A DNA stretch of 64,000 nt from Chrysomallon squamiferum (taxonomy: Eukaryota > Animalia > Mollusca): assembly GCA_012295275.1 (NCBI GenBank), contig CM022671.1, positions 10,602,001-10,666,000 of the forward strand, given 5' to 3'. Positions 23,251-38,149 of the stretch are shown piece by piece. Position 1 is the first letter of the stretch; each line of letters opens with the position of its first letter. The position numbers and the translations under genes were made by a program. Under the pieces are notes generated by a model. That model saw nothing but the letters and a program-made list of their open reading frames with translations. It did no database searches and was not told the DNA's origin.

Positions 23251-23390
23251 AGAAAAAAAACAAAACAACTATGAGATAAACATAATAAAAAAAGAAAAAC
23301 TCAAAAATAATATTAAGAAAGTAAATAGTAAATGAATATTGCTGTTATTGACATGAATGTTTTCCGTTTACTGTACTATAATCAGTGTGC

Positions 23391-23586
23391 TCTGTTTGTT
23401 GTACTGCCATCTTCCTGCAATGAGTGACTTCTGTTTGTTGTACTGCCATGTTTCTGTAATGAATGTCTTCTGTTTCTTGTACTGCCATGTTTCTGTAATG
23501 AATGACTTCTGTTTCTTGTACTGCCATGTTCCTGCAATGAGTGACTTCTGTTTGATGTACTGCCATGTTCCTGTAATGAGTGACTT
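23391..23586. repeat. 39-bp minisatellite, 5 units
   Basis: Unit tctgtttcttgtactgccatgtttctgtaatgaatgact starting at 23391, 23430, 23469, 23508, 23547. Confidence 0.95.
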
Positions 23587-23595
23587 AAGAATAAT

Positions 23596-24980
23596 ATGAT
23601 TTATTATTTATTATTTTCTATTTTAATCAGTTTAGAAGACTATGCTTAACAACAAACCCTTGATATACAGATTAATATCAACATTGAAATAGTCTGAAGA
23701 AATATTTAATCTTATTTCAACAATGAAATCAGTGCAATAATTTCTGCAGTTCTTTTGATGAAAGAGAACTACGAGTTAAAATGGTTTCTAATTTCTAATA
23801 TCCGAAATAAGGTCTGTTAATTTGTTGTTACATTTTAGCTTTTTATATTTTATCAGAAATATTTATCTTACTTACTTCTAGTATTTTTAGTTGACAATTT
23901 CTGTACTGTTTTCAAAATTTAAGGTACTACAGTTTGATTTGAATAAAAGAAAAATGGCTACAAAAATAACAGCAATATTAATAATAATAAAAATACAGTA
24001 GTTCAGTTGATAATTATTTCTAAAGCTCTATACTCCTGAAAAATATACTTAATTATGAGGCTTTAAACAAAAATTAATGTTACAGAATTTTTTCTTTCTT
24101 GAATTATTTATCACTATACCCACAGTTTCAAATTAATGTTAAGTGATTTTTTTATTTTTGTTGAAAATTTTACTGAATCTGATTTCAATGTAAGGAATGT
24201 TTCCATCATAATATATATATATTTTTTAAATCTTATCGACTGCAGTTAAACTGTTATTATTTATTCATTTTTAATATGATTTATGATTTATTATTTTCTA
24301 TTTTAATCTCTTTAGAAGACTACGCTTAACAACAAACCCTTGATACACAGATTAATATCAACATTGAAATAGTCTAAAGAAATATATAATCTTATTTCAA
24401 CAATGAAATCAGTGCAATAATTTCAGCAGTTCTTTTGATGAAAGAGAACTATGAGTTAAAATGGTTTCTAATTTCTAATATCCGAAATAAGGTCTATTAA
24501 TTTGTTGTTACATTTTAGATTTTAATATTTTATCAGAAATATTTATTTTATTTACTTGTAGAATTTTTAGTTGACGATTTCTGTACAGTTTTCAAAATTT
24601 AAGGTACTACAGTTTGATTTGAATCAAACAAAAATGGCTACAACAATAACAGCAATATTAATAATAATAAAAATACAGTAGTTCAGTTGATAATTATTTC
24701 TAAAGCTCTATACTCCTGAAAAATAAACTTAATTATGAGGCTTTTAATTTTTTGTGTTTTTTTTTAAATCTTACCTACTGCACCTAAACTTTTATAATTT
24801 ATTCATTTTTAATAATATGTTTTATTATTTATTATTTTCTCTTTTGTTCAGTTTAGAAGACTAAGCTGAACAACAAATACTTGATGTACAGGTTAATATC
24901 AACAGTGAATTAGTTTCAAGAAATGTTTAATCTTACTTCAACAATGAATTCAGTCAATAATTTCTTCAGCCCTTTTGAGA
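23596..24980 (+). repeat. Tandem duplication of a ~540-680 bp AT-rich unit (two full copies and one partial), with further diverged copies at ~29500-29970
   Basis: tttagaagacta.gcttaacaacaaacccttgat..acagattaatatcaaca recurs near 23630, 24310, 24850 and 29520. Confidence 0.88.
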
Positions 24981-25006
24981 AAAAACTAAACTGCTATAAC
25001 AACAAC

Positions 25007-25041
<35 letters not shown>

Positions 25042-25958
25042 TGATACAGTAGTTAAAAAAATAAACTTAATTTTCAGATTACGATAGAATGTCTTAGTAT
25101 CAGTTTAATAAATTGTATTTATAATAATACATAATTAATCTATTATTTTCAGTAATTTCTTAAATTATATAAAAATCTGACTAATTTTAAAGCAATGCTA
25201 ACTTTTTTCTTCTTATTATTATTGTTGTTTGCTTCCTTTTTGTATCTGATTATAGTTTTTGTTGTCTACATGTTGGATTATAATGTATCTGATTCAGGCT
25301 GTTCATTGTTATGTTTTGGAGGTTTATTTTTTCATTCTATCTACATATCTTATAACAGTTCAGATTCTTATTTCATTTATAGACTGGATTTTCAGTATTT
25401 GTTACATATTTTGTTAAATCACCTATAAACTACAGCTCATTATTTTGTTAGATTGTAACAATTTGCTAGGTTTTGTATAAATTTTACAACTTTGTGGCAA
25501 TGTCTGATTTAGATTGATTGTTTCAGCAGATAGGATTCATATAGTTTTGTGGGGAATTATTCACACATGAACCCTTGATAACAATATCTAATTCAGGTGG
25601 TATTTTTAGATTTTCTGATGACTTGATAACAATCTAGCAAAACATCTTAATTCAGACATTATCTACACACATTTGGTTTCGATATGGTTACAGTAGCATA
25701 AAGACAACTAATAAAATAAAATAATGTATCTGATACTAATGGCACTAACCTGAGTTCATTGTCAACTTTTGTGTTTTCCTTCTGAGGCAGTTTTACCTTC
25801 CTTCAAATCTTGTGTCATTTTCACAGTTCAGTTTTCTAGCTGCAGATTACTGAAAATATTAATAGATTTTTTCAAAAATAAAAATTAAAATACACCTGGT
25901 TTTATTACATAATGTATTTATTGTTGTTATTTAAAATCTGGTTATTAATATGACAAAA

Positions 25959-26313
25959 GGTTCCAAATACCTCTTGTTTCATAATTATCATTTGCTCTAA
26001 CATTACTGCTCTATCAATATATTGTCACTCAACTCATAGGTGAACATGAGAATTCAGGTAGGCGGGGAAACCAAATGTTTTTGAATGACATTGTCTTTAT
26101 GGACGAGTATGGTAAGCAATTTTCTGTTCTTATTTTCATTGGGTGTAATGTGCAATTAAACTGTGTCAAAAACATTTGTTATACCTAAAATTTTAAGGTT
26201 TTAATCTGTCTTCCATAGAGATTCTTATTTTGTCTTGTTTCCCCGTATGACCTTACTCATATGACCTTTCTCAAGGAGCAGAAAATATCATAATTAAATA
26301 ATTAATGTGAACC
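25959..26313. mobile_element. Old palindromic MITE-like element
   Basis: Ends ggttc / gaacc|ttaa. Internal inverted matches ctgctc/gagcag, atgag/ctcat, cggggaaac/gtttccccg. Confidence 0.4.
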
Positions 26314-27518
26314 TTAACTGAGGTGTTGTGTATATTTCTCTAGTGGATGGATAGACTTATTGATTTATATAGATTGCTGTCAATTTAGCATTTATATTCC
26401 TTGTTAGGTGACCATTAAAGCACCTTGTTACCCTAGCCTGAGCCTTAATAAAACATACAGTGTGTTTATAAAGGTGTGAGCCCCGTGACAACATGGTCAT
26501 CACATGTGTGCATCAAAGTAAAGCTTTTTACAAGTCCTAAAGCTATACAGTATTCTAAGAAAGCTGACAAGACCAGAGTGCTGATTTCACTTCTAAACAT
26601 AACTCAAAGGATGATGATTCCATATTATTTACTGTGGATGATTTGTCCAAATCTTTTGTACCATGTGTGAGAAATCTTGTTATTGTTTGATTCTGCTTTG
26701 ACTATGCACCACAAAGTAAATGCAAAATGTCACTCTCAGCTATAGAAGATCTATAGAATCATCAGGCAGTATCTGATCAGTGATGCCACAAAAACACTGG
26801 TATATGGCCTTGTGATGTCATGACTGGGCTATTGAATTGGACAATTAAACTGCTTGCCTAATACCTTGGTCAACATCAGAAAAATAAATGTATTTGGAAG
26901 GTAAATCGATTCTATTCAAGTATATATCATCTACTAAGTTACTTTTCAAACATAAAATTATGAACAGCAAAAAAAAGATCCAAAAGAAAGTCAATTGTTG
27001 TTTTCTGTTGAATTTTCTTTCACTTACTTCAACAGTGTCAAAACCAAATAATGGTGTTTAGAACTCACACAGTGATATTAAATTGTAAAATTGTCACCTG
27101 GTGACAGAACAACTCACTTTGCCAGCCAGTGGTTACTGAAGCATGACACTTAACAATAACATTTTAGAGTGCAGACTGAAGCTGTCCAGTCAGTATGACA
27201 GCTCTGTGGTGTGAACAGAAACAAGCTGACTGGTCAAACAGGTCAACTTTTCATGTCAGAGGAAGTTGAAAGAGAAAAAAAAACTGAAATAAAATACCTG
27301 GGCTTTTCTTCTTTAATTTCATCTTATAAATTGCAATTTCCTTATAAATATTCACAGGAAATAAATATATAATATTCGTTTCTCACTTTCTTATCATACA
27401 GAATTTTCAAATTAATGCAACAGTTGATGTCAATAAGAATAAATTATTAATTTTAAGTGTTTGTTTCTAAATAAGTGAATGTCTTACATTTTCTTTATTA
27501 TTATTGTTATTATTATTA

Positions 27519-27553
<35 letters not shown>

Positions 27554-27578
27554 TACCTTCAACTTAGTATCAACATGG

Positions 27579-27622
<44 letters not shown>

Positions 27623-28249
27623 GGAAATAAAAGACAACATTCAGAATTATCTCTGATATGCTGAAAAATGTCTCAGTTCAAGGAGACAGATACAAATGCC
27701 AGCAGTTTCTGAAGATGCTGGATAAGCAACACCTGATCAGTGACAGAAGCCATTTTCAAAGAAAGGTTTAGGGTGATATTTTTTAAAAATGTCTTTAAAT
27801 ATCTAAGTGATAATATTTGTTGTTTTTTTCTTAAACTTGTATCAGTGTTCTAGTAGTTTAATCATCAATTATTGTAATAAATCATAGCCATTATTCCAGA
27901 TTTAAAAGTTTGCCTGGTTTGTTTTTGAGGGTTTTTTCTCTAAAATTATGGATGCCCATATACATGGCAAAACAAAAATAATGCTAAAAAATCAAAATCA
28001 AAAATTTTACAAATAAAACAAATCCACTACCAAGTTTGAACATGTTTGACTTTAAACTTATAGATTAACTATTATATAAATTCCCCAAAAATAATCTTAA
28101 ATTCAAAATAATCGATTCTTTTAATTCAATAAATGAATGAGATTTAGATATGACTAAATACAATGCAATGAAGTGGAGTAGAAAAAATTATAAAACTAAA
28201 CTATTTAAATGTACAATATTAGAATTTTTAAATTTTGTTTCTGGGTTAG

Positions 28250-29220
28250 CCCAAAGGAATCCCAAAACAGGGTGAATAATCCCATCCCCAAAACTGGTAC
28301 TATCCATGCAGGTAGACCAAAATGGGGTCTTTCATCACCATCAATTATTACTCTATGTAAATATCCAAATTTAAAGGCTAACCTGCCAGTTTCTAAAACT
28401 CATGCTCCATGCATCACTCCTAAAGTTAATCAACCACCTAAATCATTTGCTGTTTTAAAGTCTCCAACATTTAGGCCTTCTAAATTTTATAAACACCAAC
28501 ATGCACTATCTGATAAACCACAATGTCTGAAATTGTTAGAATACCTTAATTTTTGGCTCCTCGAATTCAACACGGACTAATGAAGACGTACATAAACAGG
28601 TCCAAGTAGAATGCTATCCAGAATGCTACCAATCACTTTAAGACAATGGCCATTAATCATAAAAGTAATAATAGCAAGAAAACAATTTTAAATATAGATA
28701 TAAACTGCAATGACCAAAAACATTCCTCAATTAGCACAAACCAGTTAAGAAATATGATAAGCTCTATCCATAAAAAATTCCCCAAAAGTTAAATATTTTT
28801 TAGAGGAATAAACATTTCAGATAAACTTTTGGCAAGTCACAAATTATGCCTAAAACAAATACTGTTTTGGCACATAAAAAAAAAACGAACATCAATGTAG
28901 GCATAGAATCTGTTGAGAGAGCTTTTGAAAAATACCCAAATACAGACCAAACAAAACCATTATTGAATTCATTGAATTAAGGTTAAGAGGTAACATCTTT
29001 GAAGTTAATGGAGAAATTTAATAGCACATTTGTGTCTGCACAATGGTTAGACATTTAGCCCACATTTTGCCTCTATCTATATCACAGAATAGGAAGAAAT
29101 GGTATTAAACAAAGCAACCAAGAAGCCACTTTTATATCTCAGATATTTAGATGACATTCAGATAATTTGACAACATTCTAAAGATGAATTCTGAAATATT
29201 TTTAATTAGTAAATCAAGAA
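28250..29220 (+). mobile_element. Penelope-like retroelement reverse transcriptase remnant
   Basis: With stops and frameshifts: GIESVERAF..., GNIFEVNGEI, HFASIYITE*EEMVL..KPLLYLRYLDDIQII*QHSKDEF (YLDD at 29144). An upstream AGRP motif lies near 28310. Confidence 0.85.
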
Positions 29221-30112
29221 AATAATAATACAATGTCTTAGTTTTTATAAGTTTAATAAATAATAATCATAATAATACAAACTTATTGTGTTATTTTCAG
29301 TAGTTTCTTGAATTATATATAAATATAACCATAGTTTCAAATCAATGCTAATTGATTTTTTATTTATGTTGCAAAATTGACTCGGCCTGCTTTGAATAAA
29401 TGTTTCCTTCATACTGGGTTCATTTTAAATCTTAATGACAGTGGCTGAATTTTTTAAATTTTTATAATTTATTTACTTTACCAATAGCCATATTCATATT
29501 TATTTTTTTCACTTTTAGTCAGTTTTGAAGGCTAAGCTTAACAACCAATGCATGATGCATAGATTAATATCAGCACTGCACTGGTCTGAAGTAATATTTA
29601 ATCTCACTTGAACAATCAAATTAGTGGAATAATTTCTACAACTCTTTAGATTAAAGAGAAATATCAGTAAAAATGGTCTCAAATTATCTATTATGATCTC
29701 ACTAAATTATCTATTATGATCTTGTTATTATTATTTATGATTGTAACATTTTAGATTTTAATATTTCAGTCAGATATATACAAATATATTACAGATTTTT
29801 AAAATTTTAATATTCTATTTCTATAAACAAATTTTGCTAATAAAAATTAACATCAACACTGGATTGGTCTGAAGTAATATTTAGTCTTATCTGCACAATG
29901 AAATTAGTGTAATAATTTCAGCAACTGTTTAGATTAAAGAGAAATAGCAGTTAAAATGGTTTCAGATTTCTTCTCTCCTAAATCATCTCTGTTATGTTGT
30001 AAATATAACTCGGTCTGCGTTGAATAAATCCATTCCTTCCTTTATACAGGATAGTCTCTAATTTGAAAAATAACTGGAAAAATTGAACTGGCCTTTTGAT
30101 ATTTTACAGTCT

Positions 30113-33100
30113 TTGATCAGAACTAAGAACTGTATGTCAAATAAATTAGGGGATATAAAAAATATTTAGCTTATACAAAACCTAATTTAGAATGGCCAAC
30201 CTTATCTAAGGTCTGATTTTAAAAGGTAGATTTTATTACCAATTTTTCTGGGTCTTATATCTATAAACTGATTACAAAAGGAAAACATTTTTATTAATGG
30301 TTTATTCTCAGTTATGTACTCATAACATGTGAACTAAATTTAAAATGAAAATGTTATTATTAATCATTTATGCGTGCATTATTCAACAACTAATTTCAAA
30401 AAGTTCTGTGGGTACATTTTCTATGCTCTTATTTTAAAAAAAACATTTTAGAAACAAATTTTTGATGGGTGCATAATTCAAAAAAAAAACAAACAAATTA
30501 AGTTATATGGGAATACTTTTCATAAGTTTAAATGGTAGATTTCAATAACAGTTTATTCCTGGAACACACATCTATCAGTTTTAAAACATATTTTATTTTC
30601 AAATTATGCTCAAACTTTATCAATAATTAAATTTTAACGTTATCTTATGGACAATTTATATGGACACTTTTTCTTCTGACCCCAATGTAAACATTTATTT
30701 TAGATGTTTTATCTGTAAGCCAGATTTAGTTACAATTTATTACATGATTATGATGCCAAAACTGATATAGCAGATATGCCAAGGTGTGGAATAAATCAGG
30801 CAAGTGCTCTTGAGGTAATTGTGTTTTTGTTTTTGTCTCTTCGGTCAATAAAAAAGCATTAACAATTAGACAAGGTAATTTATTTCTGTATGAATAAAGA
30901 GTTAATAGTTTTAATCAGTATTCGTTTATTGGTTCATTTGGGTTTCTTGGTTGCAAAAATAAATCTGCACTGACTTGTTAATAAACAGTTAACAACTTAT
31001 ATATGGAATTTGTTTATTTATTTACTTCTTTATTTTCTGAATAACTCTGGATTGGTTTCCGATAAATAAACAGTTAACAGTTTTACTATAGTATTTATTA
31101 TATTTTGATTGTAACAGCTAATACACTGTTTATTTGTATTGCTGCATGATTTGTTAAAAGATAAAAATATTAATTTTTTTGTATGCTTTGAGAAATAAAA
31201 ATGAAAGTGTATTTGTATAACAGTGTAGGTCATGCACGTATCATATACGTCAATGAACTGTTGGTTACAGATAACAAAAATGGATACATGCCTCATTTTA
31301 TCTTACAATGACTAGAAACAGTGACATGATATCATGTCTAGATAAATTTCTATATTTTCCAGAAATATAGCCTTTTGGGACGCAACTATTTTTAATTTGA
31401 TAAATTGCATGTTACACACACAATGGTTTCAGGCAAAAGTGATGTCAATATCATTAATCTACTACTTTTCTACATCTTTCTATCTGTTATCAAACAGGAT
31501 ATTTTATCCATTTAAAATTAAATATTATGACATAGAAAGACATTTATACATATTTAACTGAGAAATATTGATATCAAAATTTATTATATTCTATACATAT
31601 ATTCACAATACGTTTAAAAAGAGCTCTAAAATCTGATGTTATCACAAATGTGAAATACTGCTGAAGCACGAAAGTGGGACCAAACAACTGGACTAACTAC
31701 GAGCGAAGACATTCCATCGTTTAATCCTCCATGTAAGAAACAACGATACTAATAGCTTATACAATGGACGTGTCAATTGGGACATGCATTTGCTGGATTG
31801 GAAAAACAGGTATAATCAACGATAGTGACAGATGCACACTGCAACATTTCTTGGGGAGCGTATTTTGGGGTGTGAAAAGCTACCTATGCTAACGATCGAT
31901 TTAAAACTTGGGGATTATTCTTACAAGAAGACTGATGGTAGTTGTACCGATACAAACAATGAATGAATGAAAAATGAAATAAGTAAATCAGAAATAACAG
32001 ACATAAATGCTCTTTTCTTTTAATTGCACATTTTAGGTGACCAAATCTAATGTTCTACTCATTTTATATCATTTCAGTATCTAGCTGTCAGGAAGTATAG
32101 CATTTCTTCATGGAATTTCACCCCAGTCAATATGTTTAAAAACAGCTCTAAAATCTCATTTTATCACAAAAGTTCAATTTAAAATTCTGTTCTAAATTTG
32201 TTTCTCTTACCACTCATCAGAGTGTATTAAAATAGTCACCAGTTTGTGTTCTAAGGGTATATCAGTATTTTATAAATAACATGCTGACTTGTAAAACAAG
32301 ATCACCTTTCATCACACAAACAAGTCCAATTGTAACTATAGGGAACTGTCTCTGTTTGTGCTCTTAACCTGGTTCATTGCCATCAACCTGGATTGTAAAA
32401 TTTTATACATAAATATACTGATGGATCAAGCAGTTCAGCATTTAGTAATCTGCTGGGATCTCTGATTATTAGTCTCAGCTATCATTCCCTGGACTGCTTA
32501 CTCCCATCTGATAGAATTCCCATTTCGTTGAAAGGCTAAATGTGGTTCAATGGTCTTATTTACATGCTTGGTTTTACCTCAGTGATTATAATAAACTGTT
32601 CCAGATTATTTGGAAAGTGATTATTATTGTATAAATACAGTAATATCTCGTTTAACGATATCCCTCTTTAACAACATTTTTTCTTTTACAAATTATATAA
32701 ATAGAAATTTAATAGTTAATTGCTCGAAATAAATGATACAAATGGATACAATGCATGTTTTTAAGTCCGTTTTCTTTTGTTTATTCACAAGCTTCTGTCA
32801 GCTGTGTTGATCAGATGACAGGTCATAGGTGCATCTGATATTCTGATTCACTTGTCTCTTCTGCTTCGATTTAGACTTAAACTCGTTTGTAATTTATCCT
32901 TCCAATATGTCAAAACGAATATCGCAAATGCTGATGATAAAAAGAATGGGAAGGCAATAACTTCAGAAACAAAATACATTATCTTAAATGAAACAAAAAC
33001 CCACAAAGATGAACCCACAATGAGCAGCATGTAATTCTTTCTTAATGTATTTGTATAAATTGATTTGTAAATGATTTACTTTTTATTTAATATCTATAAT

Positions 33101-35222
33101 CTATTAAATCAGTTATGTCTAAACTGCCATTTTACTTCTCCTTATTTTACCTTTTTTATGGGAAATTTCATCAGCGAGATAATAACCATTGCTTTTAACC
33201 TTAATTCTATGCAAATTAGTCTCCCACTTAAACTATACCTCACTTAACGATTGGAAATTTGGAACCAACTACATCTTTAATCTGAGGTATTATTGTAGTA
33301 TGGATATCGCTTATCCAAATATGATAAATATCGAAATAATCTATGTATCGAATGTAGTGAATGTAAATAATTAAAAAAGAAGGTATTCATCTCAAAGTAT
33401 TCCCAATGATTTTGTCCTTCGTATAAACTTTCTCAGTCATAGCCAAAGTATTTGCAGGTCATATCGTTAGTGTACATACTATTAATATACATATATTGTA
33501 ATACACATATATTGACACATATATTGTATAATATGGGCACAATGTGAATATGTATGTGTGAATAACGTAAATATGCTGAGTAACATATGTCTTGAACATG
33601 TTTAAGCTGAATATGGTTTAATTCGAACAGTTAATGAAAAAGGTAACGGTCACATATTCTATTTCCTGAATATAAATGAATTACTCGAATGTAAAATATG
33701 TTTTTCTTAAATTATATTGCTGAATAAAATCATATATTTATAATATTTTTGTCGTTTTCTTTTACAGAAGCAAGCCATGAGAATTAACAAAAAAAACATT
33801 ATGCCGCTTTTTTTTTTAATAGATAGATGAAATTGATGTAAAATTGTTTATTATTGATCGGTTGTTTTGTAACGGACAGGAAACATTTATGAATTAGAAA
33901 TGACCAGATTAAATAATAATAATAATAATACGAATAAGAATAAGAATATGAATAACAATAATAACAACAACAACAACAATAACTGTAATAATATTCTAAT
34001 AATAATAATAATAATGTTGATGATAATGATTATGATGATGATAATAATGAAAAAGGTAAAAATCTACAACAAAAGTGAATGCTTATTCTGCTTTCCTTTG
34101 ATGTTAACTGATTTAGGAACAATGTGCTCCGCCTCTGAATGTTAGAAAGAAACCAGATGTATGTACACGCCAAGTTCATTATATACAGAGGTAATGAGGT
34201 ATTGCAGTAGATGAGTTTTTTCTACGAAATGGAAATTATATGAACAGGGAATTCTACCAGATGGGAAGACACCCCCTGGACAGTAATAGCAGTTTTTACA
34301 CTGCCATGCTGTGTTACAAGAATGCCAGAATGGGAGAACAGATTTAACCTGTAATGCCTGTACTGAGGATTCCCATAAGCAAAGAGCTAATGTCTCATCT
34401 GTCAGCATTACTTTACATCCCACTGGAGAGACACTGATCTAGCTGCCTGCCAAAACACATACTTTTCACTGTGCCTCTGACCAACAAGCACCAAGATTTC
34501 TCAAAATTGGAAGTTAAATCAAAGCAGGATGTAGACAGTTTTACAGCTGAGTTCTCTAAACTGAGACATTAAGAAGACTTTCTGGTAAACACTGGGAGAT
34601 TGAAGAAAGATGTTCTGGAGAATAAGCTATAGAAAGAGTTCTTCCAAGACAACATAATAATCTATGATACAGTTAATTAACTGGGTCATTGACATCTTCA
34701 TTCAACTTACACACTTAAAAAACATCTTCACTAAAAACTGAGGAAACTGCTTAATCTGAATACAAAGTAACATCTTACTTGGTTTTTCTTGGGTTTTCTT
34801 CTGTAACACATATAATATTATCTACATTTTTCTCTAAAAATCAGGTCCCTTTATCAACATATATTATGTTTTGATACAGTTATTTCAAGTTTACTGGATT
34901 CATGGATGGATGGAAGGATGCTATGTAAGTACTTTATCACCACAAGAGTGTGTGAGATGACAAACAATATGACCAGAATACTTTTCCAAAAAGTAAAATT
35001 GTAGTTTGTGTTACAGTACATAATATTTTATATAACTGGATCATTTCAGGAACAAAAATGGATGCAGTTTCTTCTGTAACTGATGATTTCTAATATACGA
35101 TTAGATTATCACACTATATATGACTGTACTTCGTCACTTAAACTAATGCTTTTTAAACCATTTCCATGCCATTTGAAATAAAGTCTTACGTTCATCTGCA
35201 AATATCATTCATCACGTTATAA

Positions 35223-35257
<35 letters not shown>

Positions 35258-35288
35258 ATAATAATAATAATAACACAGAAACTGCATG

Positions 35289-35323
<35 letters not shown>

Positions 35324-36169
35324 ATAATAATAATAATAATAATAATAACACAGAAACTGCATGTACCTAGAGGTTCAAAATGTAGTAGTGTGTCATTTAT
35401 ATATATATTTATTTGTTTAACTGAAAGTTCTGCATGTAACTGGATAAAAAAAAATTGATTCGAGAAAAAAATTCTGTTTATGTACACAAAAAAAACTGGT
35501 TCTACTAACCTCTTTTACTTTCTTTTGACTTTTGCTGATAATGTCCTTAAACCATTCGGTATCCTTTCCAATAATGTTTTTACTGCTGTTTCCATCATGA
35601 TCATACATCAGTATTCTTTACTTTTTGACCAAGAAATATAGCCTGTGCCAATGTCGGTTTAAATCCAATTTTAATGTAAACAGAAATGTCCGATTATGTT
35701 GACAACGAAAACACTAGAAGTTAGAAATCTTGACTTGCTGTCAAAATACGGAATTACTCCGAAATTAAATAAAATTAATATAGTTCATTTGAAATTTACA
35801 TTATATTACACGCGTTAAAATTTTCAGCTGGAGGCTGACATATTGGAGAAATAGCGACATCTAACAAGGGACGTGACTCTGAAATGTTTAATAATGAAAA
35901 TAAAAACAACCTGCCACGAGTCCATTCTATGTTCAACTTAAGTAAAATGAAACCAGGCATTGATGACGGAAGAAATTTATATTTAAAAACACTCAAACAC
36001 ATAAAATTCTCGTCGATATCTTATCTTTTTAAGACAGTCTGGGTTTTTTATTTTTTTATTTATTTTTCATTTATTTTTTTTATTTTTTTTCCGGGTTTTT
36101 TTTTTTTTTTTAGTGGCGTTTATTATTTTTTTTTTCCTTATTGTTTTCTTTTGTCATTATACTTTTTTT

Positions 36170-36207
<38 letters not shown>

Positions 36208-36242
36208 GTTCTTGTTGTTGTTAATTCTTTTAACATGTACAC

Positions 36243-36299
<57 letters not shown>

Positions 36300-36356
36300 G
36301 GCTTATTTGTAAAATAACTTTCTTAAAGGGTTTCAATTCTGTTTCAGCATAATGAA
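30113..36356 (+). repeat. Segmental duplication copy B, carrying the empty transposon site at 35436-35440
   Basis: Colinear with 5574-10832 plus 15287-16206. Confidence 0.97.
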
Positions 36357-38149
36357 GTACATTTGACGGTATTTTTGTACAAGTCAAACCTCTTCATTTC
36401 ATTAATTTTTATTTACGATATATTAAACATACAAAAGTAATAATGAATAAGCAAGGCACAGAGTTATAAAATGTTTTTATAATGCGCTATGTATTTTTGA
36501 CAGAGTAACCTAAAACAAAACAAAAAAGTCATTTAATTATGATTTAACCCCACAAAGAATGTAAAAAAACAAACAAATAATAAATAACATTTTATAACTT
36601 TTATTCTTATTGTATATATTATGTGCCATAACTGTATTCATTTATGTAGTATAAAAAGAAATTAATAAAATTTCAGCACCATTTTAAAAACTGAATGTCT
36701 GAAGACCAATATTTAACTAATACAATAAATATGTATAAACATGTTTTCATCATATTTATTCACTTTGATTCAACAATGTCATACAGAGAACATAATATAA
36801 ACAAATTTATAGTTACTAAACATGAATGTTATTTCTCTTCCTTTTATCTATGTTAATAAATTAACTGATGCATATGGAATATCTTCTTTTCAATTATGCT
36901 TGATAGTTCATTTTTTTTTTTAGAATTATCAAATAAGGCTACACCATAACAGTTGGGAAGAAAATTACAAATTTTAAATTGTATTTAATTATATATAGTG
37001 ACAGGAAATAGATTAAGCTCTAGAACCAAAAGGTACTTTTACTGTTAGACCAAGAATGGAAACCAAGTTAAAAAAATAAATAAAATATTAACAATTGTAG
37101 CCAGGCCTCTCTTGCTAGTAAAAGGTTGCCACAATTTGAAATGAGTAATTTTTTCCAAATTAAACAAAGATAAAACAAACTAACTATGCTGGATTAAACA
37201 TAAGTATATATGAAAAACAGCTTCTCCGAAGAATAATCAATTATCCATTACTTTTGTGATTATATTAATAAATCACAAGCTTGAGATTAAACAAGTTTTT
37301 AACATACTGTTATTAAAATAATAAACAAAATAATTAAAATTATTCTTTTAAGCCCTGCAACATAGTTATTGTGCAAAAATTTACATACTGGAAATGCTGT
37401 TTATATGAACATATTGAAGGTTTCTTTGATGTGAATATAATATGTTTAAAATCATGTGTAATATTTTACTAAAACAAATATTCAATTTCAATGATTATGA
37501 ATTTGAATAACAGAAACAAAAGTTACTCTTAAGCATTTGAAGGATTCAGTGTTGGCACATCCAAATAAATATTCAAGAAATGTGATGATGTCACATTTGT
37601 TAGACAAATGGTATTCAGACATTCCGTAGTTACTGAATATGTTATTTACAATTTTAATTTATCTATAATTTTTAGGACTACCTTTATAAATACTACTTGG
37701 ATCATAGTAAAACTAAAAGATGCATTGTGATTTGGACTCTGGATGTTTATACTTTCTTTTATTTTTGAATACACGTTTATACATAAACACATAGAAACAC
37801 TCATGTATACATTGCATTGCTTTAATCAAATTGTTTATAATATATTGGTTTAATGAAAAGAAAATTGTTTTAGCTTATTTCCTTTTAATTTCTGAGAATT
37901 TGCAAAGTTTTCACGTCTTATTATGTCTTAAATATTTTACAGACAACTAGAAACTATTTAAAATTAAGAGAGCAATTTCAGAAATAATGAAAATTATGTA
38001 CACAATGAAATGAAATACATTACAAAATAATAATAGCCTCAAAAATGTGTTAGTATGAACATCAGGATTCCAGTAAGCTCCAAACAGAAATCCTGACAGT
38101 TTTTTCACAAACATCTTAGAACCATGCCGACTTCTTGCTGGACCAAATG

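Noticed and set aside
23391-23586. CRISPR-like periodic repeat (also the 173-bp units at 45951-46563)
   Set aside because: Head-to-tail tandem units without unique spacers, eukaryotic context, no cas genes.
22391-27290. Minus-strand AG/GT-bounded segments (22391-22440, 25750-25849, ~27029-27284) as upstream TRAF4 exons
   Set aside because: Translations show no RING or TRAF zinc-finger pattern and mostly contain stops.
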